Virus record (IMG/VR): IMGVR_UViG_3300041809_000801
Location: 1 to 64,000 of that record
Strand: one strand, 5' to 3'
Length of the DNA stretch: 64,000 nucleotides
DNA from: a virus
Below, piece by piece: positions 23,333-33,213 of this stretch. Position 1 is the first letter of the stretch, and every line of letters starts with the position of its first letter. Position numbers and translations under genes: made by a program. The notes under the pieces are model-generated. The model made no database searches, was not told the DNA's origin, and worked only from the letters and a program-made list of their open reading frames with translations.

Positions 23333-23361
23333 ATAATACCCGTAGTCGGGAAATTCTGCAA
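23333..23361 (-). promoter_or_regulatory. sigma70-type promoter for tmRNA
   Basis: TTGCAG-17 bp-TATTAT. Confidence 0.7.
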
Positions 23362-23364
23362 GAG

Positions 23365-23730
23365 CTACGTGCGTGCAATATTCTGAGGAAAGTACGTTTT
23401 CATCAATTGCGTTCCAGTCGTCATCGCCGGGTCGTAGGGGTAATCAATCCAAAGTCCAGTCCATTCGCCTTCCTTATTCTCATGAAGGCACCAGCGGCAA
23501 CCCAACACTGGGGAATCTGGTCTGCCGTTACACCAGACGTGGTGATACGGGCGGGGCGGGGGAGTGAGTGCTTCTCCGGTGAAGGCAACTCTTTGACAGG
23601 CTACGAGGATTCCACACTCGCACACCATCGACACTGACTTAAGCTTCTCCTGTTCCAACTCTGGACGCAGGATTCGCTCATGACATTTTGGGCACAACCC
23701 AATCCAGACGATTCGTGTCCTTCTATCCAT
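23365..23730 (-). CDS. Hypothetical Cys-rich protein
   Basis: 121 aa, several CxxC motifs. Confidence 0.5.
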   Translation of the reverse strand: MDRRTRIVWIGLCPKCHERILRPELEQEKLKSVSMVCECGILVACQRVAFTGEALTPPPRPYHHVWCNGRPDSPVLGCRWCLHENKEGEWTGLWIDYPYDPAMTTGTQLMKTYFPQNIART

Positions 23731-23739
23731 ACAACAATA

Positions 23740-23988
23740 CTACTCCTCTTTTTTCACTTCTGTTCCGTGAACAAATGCCCGGTGCATAGACACCAACTGT
23801 ACAAGCGGCCAAATGAGAATAGTGAAGAATGAGTATAGGTGGATGACGAATCCAAACGCCGGGTCTTGGTCTATCCTTTGTCGATAATCAATCTCGATGA
23901 TTGCCTGATTCACACGCCATGAGAGCCACATCCCGAGGAGCCAAATGACCAGAGCAACGTACCAGCCAAACAAAGGTATAGTCATCAT
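23740..23988 (-). CDS. Small membrane protein
   Basis: Two hydrophobic helices. Confidence 0.5.
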   Translation of the reverse strand: MMTIPLFGWYVALVIWLLGMWLSWRVNQAIIEIDYRQRIDQDPAFGFVIHLYSFFTILIWPLVQLVSMHRAFVHGTEVKKEE

Positions 23989-24788
23989 AGAAAGTCCACA
24001 TCCACATCCTGTACGTTCATATCAGTACCACCCCTCTGCCATTTGACGTGGAGACGCCATTTAGCTCCCGGCTTAATCCAAGTTGCTGCTGCGGGAAATT
24101 CTTCCAACATGTGTTCAATGTTCTCACGCTTCATGATGACGCCCTTCATCCCGTCAGACTTTCTGCGAACCTTAGCCCCAACCTCACCGGGCTTCGCGAG
24201 AGAAGCACTGATTTCATAAATGCGATTCGGATCGTAAACACAAATCTGGTCGCCATCGAGCAGTTTGCGAATTCCCTGTCCCTTGTACCACACCGCATTC
24301 CACTTAGACTTCAATACTGCCGTTAGCCTCTTTGTAGCCTCAACTCGATTCTTTTTTGCCAAGTCAGGCTCATATCCATTCTTTATCCACCACTGCATCA
24401 TCGTATTCGGAGCGCCGAAATTGATAGTCTCGTAGTTGGGAATGTCCAAGTAGTACGTTCTAATCCCGGCTCCGCCGAAGTTGAATTCCTTGGCGATGGC
24501 TTTCTTGGTGGTGAAGTATACTCCGTACCCTAGATGATGTACGGGGGCAGGTACGTGGGGGTGCTTTGTACTATAGTCTTGGTATCCAGAGTAGCCATTC
24601 TGAATATCCCCCGAGCCTTCCTCACCCTCGAATATCTTGAAACCCTCGCGGTCGATGACCTCACGGCGGTCATTTGTGGTGCCGTGGTAAACCGGACCGA
24701 AGTAACCACGGTCTTGTGCTTCCTGCAAGCTGATGACATGGCTGCTGGGAAGAGCGACTTTTGATAGGAACCCTGACTTAAATTTCAT
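23985..24788 (-). CDS. ADP-ribosyltransferase-fold protein (putative)
   Basis: VYHGT...LGYGVYFTT...AKEF pattern typical of ART-like domains in phage polyvalent/virion proteins. Confidence 0.5.
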   Translation of the reverse strand: MKFKSGFLSKVALPSSHVISLQEAQDRGYFGPVYHGTTNDRREVIDREGFKIFEGEEGSGDIQNGYSGYQDYSTKHPHVPAPVHHLGYGVYFTTKKAIAKEFNFGGAGIRTYYLDIPNYETINFGAPNTMMQWWIKNGYEPDLAKKNRVEATKRLTAVLKSKWNAVWYKGQGIRKLLDGDQICVYDPNRIYEISASLAKPGEVGAKVRRKSDGMKGVIMKRENIEHMLEEFPAAATWIKPGAKWRLHVKWQRGGTDMNVQDVDVDFL

Positions 24789-24919
24789 CTGTCCCCCTTC
24801 CAAACTTCACGAAATTTGGGCTTCAACGCTTCAATGTTCCCACTCACGGTCAACGTTCCATACGTACTCAAAGTATCCTCCCACGAATTCGGTTCAGGGT
24901 CGCGAGGCTGTAAACTTCA

Positions 24920-26299
24920 TTAGACCCTCGCAACGATCATCTGACCTTGGACTTCAGCATCGCCGAATACCTGCTGTACTTCTTCGAGGTAAGTCTTGAT
25001 GGGGCGGTTTTCTTGCCAACCATTACAAGTCGGGCCGGAGCACTCGCCCCTGCCGCGATAACACATGACGTAAACGAAGCCACCCGGCTTGACAAGCCCC
25101 CTCACTTTTCGCATGACCTGTTTGCGAATCTCAGGCTCCTTAATGACGTTCAACACATTAGCAATCGTTGCAGTGTCGGCTTTCCGCTTCTTCAACTTGT
25201 GCATGATGTCCTTGTTGTGCTCCGCCGCACGATTATATGGGTCAAACACGAGGTTGGTGACACCTTTGCCTTTTAAGAACTCAACCGCGTTATCGAATCG
25301 GCCACCGCCGTAATCAAGGTTCACCGTTTTCGGTTGCCACTCTACGCGATTGAACACCGCAGGAAGCTGATTCACAGAAGTGCGCTCCGAGGTATACTCC
25401 TGCTTGGGTCTTTCAGCAGCGACGTGTTGCTCCACCGGAACGTACGCAAAATCAGGTGAAATGCGGATGATGTCCTTCTTCGGGGGCTCCTTGCCTTCAG
25501 GCACGAGCGACAACTCATACCACTCTGCCCCCAGCACAACGGGGTCTGCTCCAGTGTTTCGAGCAACTTCCTGAGGAGTGTACCAACCCTGATATGCTCT
25601 CTTCTTTTTCTTGAGTTGCGATTCAAGGTATTCTTTCTCTTCGGTGAGGTCATCCATCCAGAGTGGCTCCCCGAACTTCTCCATATACAACCTCAGATTG
25701 AGACTACTTGGAACGGCGTGCTGATTGATGAAGTCAAGACGGGCTTGTATGTCTGCTCTCCGCTCGTCTGCCTTGCTGGGCTTGTCAGATTTCGGGCGTG
25801 GCGGACGCGGTTTGGACTCCTTCTTGGTGGGGTTGACAAGGTTCTTCGTGAGACCAGCAAAAGTGTTGGGTGCCATGATTTCCCAACTCTCTTCAGGAGT
25901 CAGAATGTAGACATCCATGTCTTCAAACCCCATACGGAGCCGCTTCTTCGCTCGATGGTTGCCGTCGATGAGGATGTAATTGGTTGATTGTTCAGGAAAT
26001 GATTTTGACGGTTTGAAGGTGATGACGGCTACGATACCCGGCTTGTTCTCATCTACCTCATCAACATGCTCCTTCTTCAACCCTACGTTGAGCATACTGA
26101 ATGTCCCGGTCTCTTCTTCTCTCTTATCCTGCTCTATTGAACCAACAAAAGCTTCGAGGAATTTCTTGGGGGCCTTCTGTGATGGGCGTGGGTGGGCAGC
26201 GATTATTTGCTCCGCTTTCTCAATGTCGAACACCATACCGACATAAGTGAAGAGTTCGCCCTCCCACGCTTTTTTGAGAAGCTTCGATGTGAAAGCCAT
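24920..26299 (-). CDS. ParB/Srx-like domain fused to class I SAM methyltransferase-like domain
   Basis: ILIDGNHR in N-terminal half; LDYGGGRFD, FDPYN, NVLNVI, VKPGG in C-terminal half. Confidence 0.65.
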   Translation of the reverse strand: MAFTSKLLKKAWEGELFTYVGMVFDIEKAEQIIAAHPRPSQKAPKKFLEAFVGSIEQDKREEETGTFSMLNVGLKKEHVDEVDENKPGIVAVITFKPSKSFPEQSTNYILIDGNHRAKKRLRMGFEDMDVYILTPEESWEIMAPNTFAGLTKNLVNPTKKESKPRPPRPKSDKPSKADERRADIQARLDFINQHAVPSSLNLRLYMEKFGEPLWMDDLTEEKEYLESQLKKKKRAYQGWYTPQEVARNTGADPVVLGAEWYELSLVPEGKEPPKKDIIRISPDFAYVPVEQHVAAERPKQEYTSERTSVNQLPAVFNRVEWQPKTVNLDYGGGRFDNAVEFLKGKGVTNLVFDPYNRAAEHNKDIMHKLKKRKADTATIANVLNVIKEPEIRKQVMRKVRGLVKPGGFVYVMCYRGRGECSGPTCNGWQENRPIKTYLEEVQQVFGDAEVQGQMIVARV

Positions 26300-26301
26300 G
26301 A

Positions 26302-26709
26302 TTACTTCCTCTCATAGTTGTGGTAGCCCACAACCACCCCGCCAACATTCTTCAGTGCAAATTGTTTGACTCTATCCGCGTCAAAAGACTCACAAGAAAA
26401 AACGTTGATGAACACCTTATTGAGTTCGTCAATTGCATGGATAGTGATACTGCTGGAGTGCAAGAACTGAATACAGCTTATCCCGTCTATTTTGGGCTTC
26501 TCAGGATGAGCATGGAGGTCTTTCTTCTCCCCGCCCCATGTGTACATCGGTCCCCGAATCATGCCAATCTCATCGCATAAGGTCTCTGCGAACTGCCGCA
26601 CCGTCTTCAGTTGAAAGAACTCGTCGGGGACATCGTGTATGTCCAGTACAGTTTCCTGTCCATAGTTTTCCTCGCGAACTTTCCTAAGCAACTTAGATTC
26701 AAACGGCAT
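26302..26709 (-). CDS. S-adenosylmethionine decarboxylase-like protein
   Basis: YGQETVLDI...GISCIQFLHSSSITIH...FINVFSC. Confidence 0.7.
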   Translation of the reverse strand: MPFESKLLRKVREENYGQETVLDIHDVPDEFFQLKTVRQFAETLCDEIGMIRGPMYTWGGEKKDLHAHPEKPKIDGISCIQFLHSSSITIHAIDELNKVFINVFSCESFDADRVKQFALKNVGGVVVGYHNYERK

Positions 26710-26711
26710 AT

Positions 26712-29354
26712 CTATATCTCTTTGTACCCAGTGGTGTTGTCGCCGACATACACACGAGGAGTTTTGACTTCAGGAAGTTGTTCATGTAGTGCTGGCTTCA
26801 CTCCCCCCCCCCTAACCACAGGTGCCTCGACCTGCAAAGGAAAATCCAAAGCTGGCTTAACCACGTTAGCCGGTGCTTGCTCTACGATTGCTGGTGGAGG
26901 AGGGGTGGGTGGAAGTGCTGCTGCCATCTTATTTCCTTTCGCCACATACTGCTTGCATGTGTCAGGGTGATTTTTGCATTCGTAGTAATCCTCGCCACCA
27001 TCTTCATACGAAACCCGGTGGTCGCCCTTGTCGCAGCCACAGTTAGCACACCTGTAGGCATCATTCACTGTAGCCACGGAAGCCTTGGCTTTTTCATCGT
27101 AAGGAATGACATGCACCCCTTCACAAATGAACTGCCCGACCGGCGTATCAAAAATGTCACCCTCTTTAAGGTGGTCATTGATTTGGAATTCGTCATAGAG
27201 CGATGAGTAAAGCCCCGCCGTCAATCCAACTGCATTGGCAGTGGAGTAGTTCATGCCGGGAATGATGAAGGTGTCTGGTACTTCCTTGACAACACCTTGC
27301 TCATCGGTGGAGGCGCTCCAGTCCCTGCTTGGAAGCCCTTTGATGTACCACTCACCGCCCTCCTTAACGACTGAATAGACGGCTGCGGTTTTCACAGCAG
27401 CTTCCTTATCAAACACTGGCTCCCACTTTCGTTCATCGCTAACGCGATTTTCCACTTCATCTGCCGCTCTTGGCTCTCGTTCATTTAGCAACACATTACT
27501 GCCGTCATTCTCCTTACGGAACTTCTCAGCATCCTCAGGTGAAAAGAAGGACTTTTTGGAGGTTGGGTTATTGATCCCGTCTACAATGCCGTGATCCCAA
27601 TTCTTGCCGCACTCTTCGCACTTGGCGGTTTCAAAGTCAGTCGGCATGAGCGCATACTTGGTCGAGCCACAGTGAGGGCACTTGGGTTTTTCTGAACTCA
27701 GTTTTGGTTTTCCACTGGATGCAAATGAACCCGTTTCGTGGCATCCACAATGGACACGACGAGCGTGGCTCAACGCGCTTCTGATATGACCGACACTCTC
27801 CTGCCAAAACGGTTTGTTTAAGCACCCTTGAGCAGATTCCGCCTTAGAACATTTTCCAAGGAACGTGCCCTTTGCATCTTGACGAAGCTTATTCAAGAAC
27901 TTTTGAGCGTCATCCAAGGAGTTGATAGAGTTAAGAACAAACCCCTCGAAGTGAGCATCTCTAGCATAATCATGCTCACTTAACACACCAGCGGCACGCA
28001 ATGTTTGTTCGACAGTCGCCAAATTGGATTGCGGTGGGATCGGGGGAACTTGAGATGCGGACTTACTACCCCTAATCCCATTGTCCCTTAAAAATTTGCT
28101 GTCGAACTTCTTTACATCCTTTTTACGCTGCTTCACTTCAGAAACATCGGCGTCAGGTGCGATACCTATGCTGCGAAGTTCACTATTGTCCTCCGACGTG
28201 AATTCCATACCAGCGTCTTCCCGCTCTTCAGCCATGAGGTCTTCATCATGGTCAACCATGTTCTCGGGAACACCATACTCTTGTGCCATCTCCTTGGCTG
28301 TGGTCTCTGCAAACCCCAGTAGACGCTTATACTCGATAGCGTCGTTGTCGGTGCGGTTGAATTGACTCGTAGAATCGAAGGGTGAGTTACCGCCGTTGTA
28401 CTCATCAATGGTGCTGTTACCCCGCATGACACGAACCGTGTAGCTCTCTGGACCGGCATCATAGAGAACGTGAGTAGCCTTCGCGGCTTTCTTTGCGAGA
28501 CTCCCCATCTTGTCCAATGTGCGGTTACTAACTACTACTACCTTGGCAATCTCCTTCACCGCAGCCTCATGAGCCGAGGCACGCTTTGGAACATGGCGGC
28601 GGTTCAGCGTACAGTTGATACGCACCACTGTGTCCTTAAGATAGTTAATCGCGGCGACGTTGGCATTCTTGGTAAAGCTGTAACGATTCGCGGAGAATTC
28701 AAGCATCCCAGCACGAATGGCTTTATCCCATATCGGCTGAAGAGAGGCTTCAACGCCGAGGCCGTGAAGAGAAATTTTATCACCCTCACTGAACTCTGGA
28801 GTCTTACGAATTTTCTTATCGCGTGGAGTCTTAAAGATGTCACCCAAGGTTCTCTTTCTTGGCTTGGGTTTGTTGGGAAGAACCGAGAGAGCCGCCTCGA
28901 CCGCGCCATTCTCATCATCGTGAAAGAAGGCATTAGACTCGTTATGCGTTGCTTCATTCCACACCGTCGCCATACCTCCCTCTTCCACGGTGATGAAGAG
29001 GCGACCTTGGTCAGTGTCAATGTAGGGACCTTGGTATTGATCGAAGGGCTCGACAGTCCCACCTACAGCGTCGGCGATTGCAAAATGGATTGGGTACGCT
29101 TCACGAGTGACTTCCGAACGAGACATCTCACCCGTGGCAAGCTTGGAACGACGCTGACCCGTTTTCACAGAGCCAAAAATAACCTTCTTGGCATATTCAC
29201 GCATCTCGGGAGGGAAGTCTTTTCCATCCTCAAAGAGTCCACCCCGATACTTGTTGAGGTAGACTTTGGACATGCTATTTCTCAGCTTTGAATCCCACCA
29301 ATCCGCATCGGGATAGGAAAAGCGATTTGCACTTTTGAAAAGTGGATTTTTCAT
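26712..29354 (-). CDS. Large modular hypothetical protein (probable virion/internal head)
   Basis: About 880 aa; Zn ribbons (CPHCG/CEECG, CANCG); modules separated by Lys-x-Ala/Ser-rich linkers. Confidence 0.6.
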   Translation of the reverse strand: MKNPLFKSANRFSYPDADWWDSKLRNSMSKVYLNKYRGGLFEDGKDFPPEMREYAKKVIFGSVKTGQRRSKLATGEMSRSEVTREAYPIHFAIADAVGGTVEPFDQYQGPYIDTDQGRLFITVEEGGMATVWNEATHNESNAFFHDDENGAVEAALSVLPNKPKPRKRTLGDIFKTPRDKKIRKTPEFSEGDKISLHGLGVEASLQPIWDKAIRAGMLEFSANRYSFTKNANVAAINYLKDTVVRINCTLNRRHVPKRASAHEAAVKEIAKVVVVSNRTLDKMGSLAKKAAKATHVLYDAGPESYTVRVMRGNSTIDEYNGGNSPFDSTSQFNRTDNDAIEYKRLLGFAETTAKEMAQEYGVPENMVDHDEDLMAEEREDAGMEFTSEDNSELRSIGIAPDADVSEVKQRKKDVKKFDSKFLRDNGIRGSKSASQVPPIPPQSNLATVEQTLRAAGVLSEHDYARDAHFEGFVLNSINSLDDAQKFLNKLRQDAKGTFLGKCSKAESAQGCLNKPFWQESVGHIRSALSHARRVHCGCHETGSFASSGKPKLSSEKPKCPHCGSTKYALMPTDFETAKCEECGKNWDHGIVDGINNPTSKKSFFSPEDAEKFRKENDGSNVLLNEREPRAADEVENRVSDERKWEPVFDKEAAVKTAAVYSVVKEGGEWYIKGLPSRDWSASTDEQGVVKEVPDTFIIPGMNYSTANAVGLTAGLYSSLYDEFQINDHLKEGDIFDTPVGQFICEGVHVIPYDEKAKASVATVNDAYRCANCGCDKGDHRVSYEDGGEDYYECKNHPDTCKQYVAKGNKMAAALPPTPPPPAIVEQAPANVVKPALDFPLQVEAPVVRGGGVKPALHEQLPEVKTPRVYVGDNTTGYKEI

Positions 29355-29365
29355 TTTTACCCTTC

Positions 29366-29968
29366 TTACCCGACATACCAATTCACACCATCACTCCATA
29401 CAGGCATAATGTAACTCCCGCCGCCTGTATAGACAGCGCCAAATGTGTTAGCTGTCGCATCAAGTACAAGTGCTCTTTCTCCAATTGCAGGGGGCGGAAT
29501 CGGCGAGGGAGGGCTTCCAATGCTGCTGTAAATTTGACTGGTGCCGATTCCCGCCAGAATATTCCACTTGGAGAGATTGGAATCCGGGGGCACATCAATG
29601 ACACCGCTGGAGATGCAGATGTAAGAATTGCCATCGACGTAAGATACGCAATCGTAGGCATTGTAGGTGACGGTGGAGAGCCACGCATTACGCCACGTGA
29701 ATCCCTGTCCGGTCGCCCCCGGTACTCCGGGGTTGCCTTGAACTCCGGGGTCTCCCTGAACTCCGGGATTGCCCGGAATCCCTTGTTCACCCTGAGGGCC
29801 GGGAGAACCAACTGCAAATGTATCCCAAATTGTTCCGATGTTAGCCTGTATCGGGGCTTGGTTGGTGTTAATGTCCAACGCGACATACGAAACTGTAAGG
29901 TAAAAAACTACATCGTCAATTTGATAAGTGGCACCCGCATTCCACGGTCCACGCCAGTTCAATGCCAT
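29366..29968 (-). CDS. Collagen-like repeat protein with carbohydrate-binding-type repeats
   Basis: About 12 Gly-X-Y triplets flanked by WRG.W...Y..DD.V repeats. Confidence 0.75.
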   Translation of the reverse strand: MALNWRGPWNAGATYQIDDVVFYLTVSYVALDINTNQAPIQANIGTIWDTFAVGSPGPQGEQGIPGNPGVQGDPGVQGNPGVPGATGQGFTWRNAWLSTVTYNAYDCVSYVDGNSYICISSGVIDVPPDSNLSKWNILAGIGTSQIYSSIGSPPSPIPPPAIGERALVLDATANTFGAVYTGGGSYIMPVWSDGVNWYVG

Positions 29969-30080
29969 AGCAGGAATCCCCCTATTAGTAGGTGTCAATA
30001 GTTCAGTTTAGGGGTATTTTTGAGGAATTTTTTGTTGGTTGGGGGACTTCTGAATCCAGTGTTAGGTAGGAGAATAAACT

Positions 30081-30275
30081 ATGCTGCATCTCATCATTTC
30101 ATTGATTGTGATTGGAATTCTGCTTTGGCTCGTCAACACGTACATCCCAATGGACGCCAAGATTAAGAACATACTGAATATCGTGGTGGTAATCGCGGTA
30201 GTTCTGTGGTTGCTAAGTGCCTTTGGCGTGCTCGACATTAGCTCCGTAACCCATCATCCACTCTTCCACAACTGA
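30081..30275 (+). CDS. Small two-TM membrane protein (Thivi_2564-like)
   Basis: LIVIGILLWLVNTYIPMDAKIKNILNIVVVIAVVLWLL. Confidence 0.75.
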   Translation: MLHLIISLIVIGILLWLVNTYIPMDAKIKNILNIVVVIAVVLWLLSAFGVLDISSVTHHPLFHN

Positions 30276-30277
30276 CT

Positions 30278-30763
30278 TCAAGCCTGAAGATGCGCCTGAA
30301 GGAACCACAAGTCCTTGTCCGCTTCTCGGACGAGTTCGATGAAAATATCACCAGAAGCTTGGTCGCCGAGATTGATACAGTCGTCAATGTTCCGACGCAT
30401 GGCATTTGCTGCTTGAGCGAGGCGCGTGGAAAGAGCAAGAACGTGGTCGGAGCCCCTGACAGCTTCCATCGGGTACTCGGGGATAGACGACCTCGCGGCT
30501 GTTTGCCGTGCCGTGCCTTCAGCAACCCCGCCCAAAGCAGTTACACGTTCGGCGAGTAGGTCGGATGCACTTTCAAGATGTCCCGCCACAGAGTCGAACA
30601 GAAGATGAAGTTCATAGAAGGCCATGCCTTTGACGTTCCAATGGGCTTGCTTCGCCTGAGTCTTCAGGTCGATTGAATCCGCCAGACGAGCATTGAGAAT
30701 TTGGATTATCTGTACCCGCTTATCCTCGGGGATGCTCACTGAAGTTGGAAACATACTTGCCAT
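30278..30763 (-). CDS. dps: Dps (DNA starvation/stationary-phase protection ferritin)
   Basis: KQAHWNVKG..FYELHLLFD, DLLAERV.ALGG, DKDLWFLQAH. Confidence 0.93.
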   Translation of the reverse strand: MASMFPTSVSIPEDKRVQIIQILNARLADSIDLKTQAKQAHWNVKGMAFYELHLLFDSVAGHLESASDLLAERVTALGGVAEGTARQTAARSSIPEYPMEAVRGSDHVLALSTRLAQAANAMRRNIDDCINLGDQASGDIFIELVREADKDLWFLQAHLQA

Positions 30764-30779
30764 GGGGAACAGCCTCTAT

Positions 30780-31190
30780 TTAGGTGATTCGAATTTGGTA
30801 ATTCGGAGTAGTGCGGGTGAGTCCGGGGAATCCGCTAAAAAGAGGACAAGTAAGGTCAAAACTCCCGGCAAACTGAAGCCAGAACCCTCTCAAAGGGTCG
30901 TACCCGGAGTTGAGCAGGGTCATGATGCCGAAAGCTACTGGGGGCGGTGTCTGCGGAACTGGAATGAGATAGATGCGAGAACTTTGAAGGAGTGGGTTAG
31001 GCGGCGGGGCGCTTAATTGGTCCCACTCGTAGGGCTTGTTATAGAACTGCTTACAGAAAAAGGCGAAGGAATCCTGCACAGTAAGTTGACCCACATCATA
31101 ATGAATCATGTACAGGGTTTGACCGTAACACGTATAAGTTGAAGTGTCAGCCCGAATGAAATTGACAGCCAACAACGCCCGGAGCCCCAT
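30780..31190 (-). CDS. Hypothetical protein
   Basis: ATG 31190 preferred; no motif recognised. Confidence 0.45.
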   Translation of the reverse strand: MGLRALLAVNFIRADTSTYTCYGQTLYMIHYDVGQLTVQDSFAFFCKQFYNKPYEWDQLSAPPPNPLLQSSRIYLIPVPQTPPPVAFGIMTLLNSGYDPLRGFWLQFAGSFDLTCPLFSGFPGLTRTTPNYQIRIT

Positions 31191-31261
31191 ATCAATGCCA
31201 CCGTTGCCCAAATTCTCCGGTGGGGCGAGACGGACTGCCAAAATGTTTGCGGGTTGTCCCA

Positions 31262-31531
31262 CTAATCCCTCACTTCTGGAAGTTCTGGAGGAGGAATTTT
31301 TAGCCACCAACCGCCAATATCTTCACACCAGCGACACCACAAACTGTGTTGTTGGGGGTCGCCACTCGCTCTCTCATAACTCTGAACAAAACACCGACCA
31401 CCAGCAGTTCCACTCACCATAACCGAATAAATAAACGGGGCGTCATCGAGGTTACCATTCCAATGCCAGTACCACGCTTGCTCAGTTGGGGGCTCTTGTG
31501 TCCAGTTTACTCGTTTGTTTTTGCGTTTCAT
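31262..31531 (-). CDS. Hypothetical Trp-rich phage protein
   Basis: WTQEPPTEQAWYWHW...IPPPELP. Confidence 0.55.
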   Translation of the reverse strand: MKRKNKRVNWTQEPPTEQAWYWHWNGNLDDAPFIYSVMVSGTAGGRCFVQSYERASGDPQQHSLWCRWCEDIGGWWLKIPPPELPEVRD

Positions 31532-31538
31532 ATCATTC

Positions 31539-32279
31539 CTACCTAGAATTCAATACTCGTAAATTATCCAAAGCAAGTTCTTTTGCTAAGCACCCACAAC
31601 TTTTCTTATGCCCGGTACGAAGGAGAGTTGTGGTTGCTATAGTTGTACCACCACAAGAGCACTGACAATTCCACTGAATCAATCCACGTTTATTACGACC
31701 CACTTCAGATTCAACAGTGAGACGTTCAAAAATTTGACCAACAAGAGAGTGAGTGCTCCAGCGTTTGGCGGAACTCTTCTTGAAGGCTTCACTGATAGCT
31801 GTGTGCCCTGCGGGGGACATCCTGTGCTTCATGCCGGTGTGGGTTACAGCGGCCCTCTTACGACGTTCAGCACCGTGCTCAGCTTCAAACTTACGGTAGC
31901 CTTTGAGACGATGGATTTCGTCTTGGTTAGCTCGTGCCCTTCTCAGCTTATCTTGTATTTCAGCAGTGGGTGTAACCCCGCGACCCCCAGCACATAGGTT
32001 GTACCCATGTTTCTGCGCTCCCAACATTTCTACCAACAGTTTCTCTAACTCGAACAGTTTTTCGTCAGATTGGACATTAGAGATGAGAGGGTAGATTGAA
32101 AATTTATCCCACCCATATTTTCGCACTGCATTGTACAAATAGGGCTTAGCAGTGCTAGGTTTGTCGCTTCTAAAAATACTGCGCTTTTGTAGCCGCCAGT
32201 ATTGCTGCAAATCTCGGTTACGAGTTTTCCCGATGTAATACTTACCATTGACTTGGTTAACTATGACGTAGACAAACAT
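31539..32279 (-). CDS. GIY-YIG homing endonuclease with C-terminal Zn-ribbon
   Basis: MFVYVIVNQVNGKYYIGKT, GYNLCAGG, W.CQCSCG...SCGC. Confidence 0.88.
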   Translation of the reverse strand: MFVYVIVNQVNGKYYIGKTRNRDLQQYWRLQKRSIFRSDKPSTAKPYLYNAVRKYGWDKFSIYPLISNVQSDEKLFELEKLLVEMLGAQKHGYNLCAGGRGVTPTAEIQDKLRRARANQDEIHRLKGYRKFEAEHGAERRKRAAVTHTGMKHRMSPAGHTAISEAFKKSSAKRWSTHSLVGQIFERLTVESEVGRNKRGLIQWNCQCSCGGTTIATTTLLRTGHKKSCGCLAKELALDNLRVLNSR

Positions 32280-32340
32280 AATGGGCTCCTACTTAAGAAG
32301 CCCATATTTTATTTTGTATGTAAGTTGTTGAAAACAAAGG

Positions 32341-32979
32341 TCAAAAACTTAAGACCCAACTGAATATGATGTTCACGCCGGGTGGGAGCAATAAGGGGGG
32401 TAGAGTTTTGTAGTTGATGAGCGTAATTGTGCTTTGTGCGGCGGACACGCTCGGATAGTTCGAAATGTTGCCAGTGAAATAGGGAGCAGTCTGCATGTTA
32501 GTTACAGGCGAGGTTGTGTTTGTGCCACCACCGATGAGACCCATTTCACGGATGCTCTGTGTGATGTTATCCGTCGTTGCATTTACGACGCACTCAAAGT
32601 CAACGTAGGTCGAGAGTGTATTGACAGAAGTCCACCCTCCACTATTGTTCGGCTGCACAAAGTTGATTGCAGAGAGCGGCTTGCGGAGGAACTCTTGAAC
32701 GAGAGCAGTCTGAACCGGGGTTTCCTGCGGCTGCGTCTCAGGAGCCCACGTAGGCGAACCTGCGCCAAGAGCAAGACCCCACACAGAGTACAAGGGCTCA
32801 TGACCGAGAGGGTAAGGAACGGAGGCGTCTGTGGGATTGGCGTTCGCCATCAACCGGGCGAACAACCACTTCACCACGTTCACGATGACGTTGTGCTTGG
32901 AGTATAGTACCTCTCCGGTATCCTCCCGCATGATGCGGATGTTACAGGTCGGGTAGTGCTTGGAGAAGTCTTCAATCAT
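32341..32979 (-). CDS. Putative baseplate/tail structural protein
   Basis: HNVIVN...LALGAG...TAL..E..RK...IREMGL.GG...FSWVLSF pattern of tail-fibre-anchoring domains. Confidence 0.55.
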   Translation of the reverse strand: MIEDFSKHYPTCNIRIMREDTGEVLYSKHNVIVNVVKWLFARLMANANPTDASVPYPLGHEPLYSVWGLALGAGSPTWAPETQPQETPVQTALVQEFLRKPLSAINFVQPNNSGGWTSVNTLSTYVDFECVVNATTDNITQSIREMGLIGGGTNTTSPVTNMQTAPYFTGNISNYPSVSAAQSTITLINYKTLPPLLLPPGVNIIFSWVLSF

Positions 32980-32989
32980 ATTCTGCCCT

Positions 32990-33211
32990 CTAGTTAATGT
33001 CCACGATAGTTCCAACACGCGATTTTGTTGGTAAATCGCTGAGATTCCTCAATGTGGTGAACACCCGATTCACCCGAAAGTATGGAGTCTCTTCACGAAT
33101 TCTGATTCCATGACCGGCCTTAAGCTTTGGTTGAGTGTTCAAATTGTTGTAAAGCCAGTAGACAAGGGGTTCGTCATTGCGTATAGAGACAAGTTCAACT
33201 TGGGTATACAT
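32990..33211 (-). CDS. Hypothetical protein
   Basis: 73 aa, SD present. Confidence 0.5.
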   Translation of the reverse strand: MYTQVELVSIRNDEPLVYWLYNNLNTQPKLKAGHGIRIREETPYFRVNRVFTTLRNLSDLPTKSRVGTIVDIN

Positions 33212-33213
33212 AG

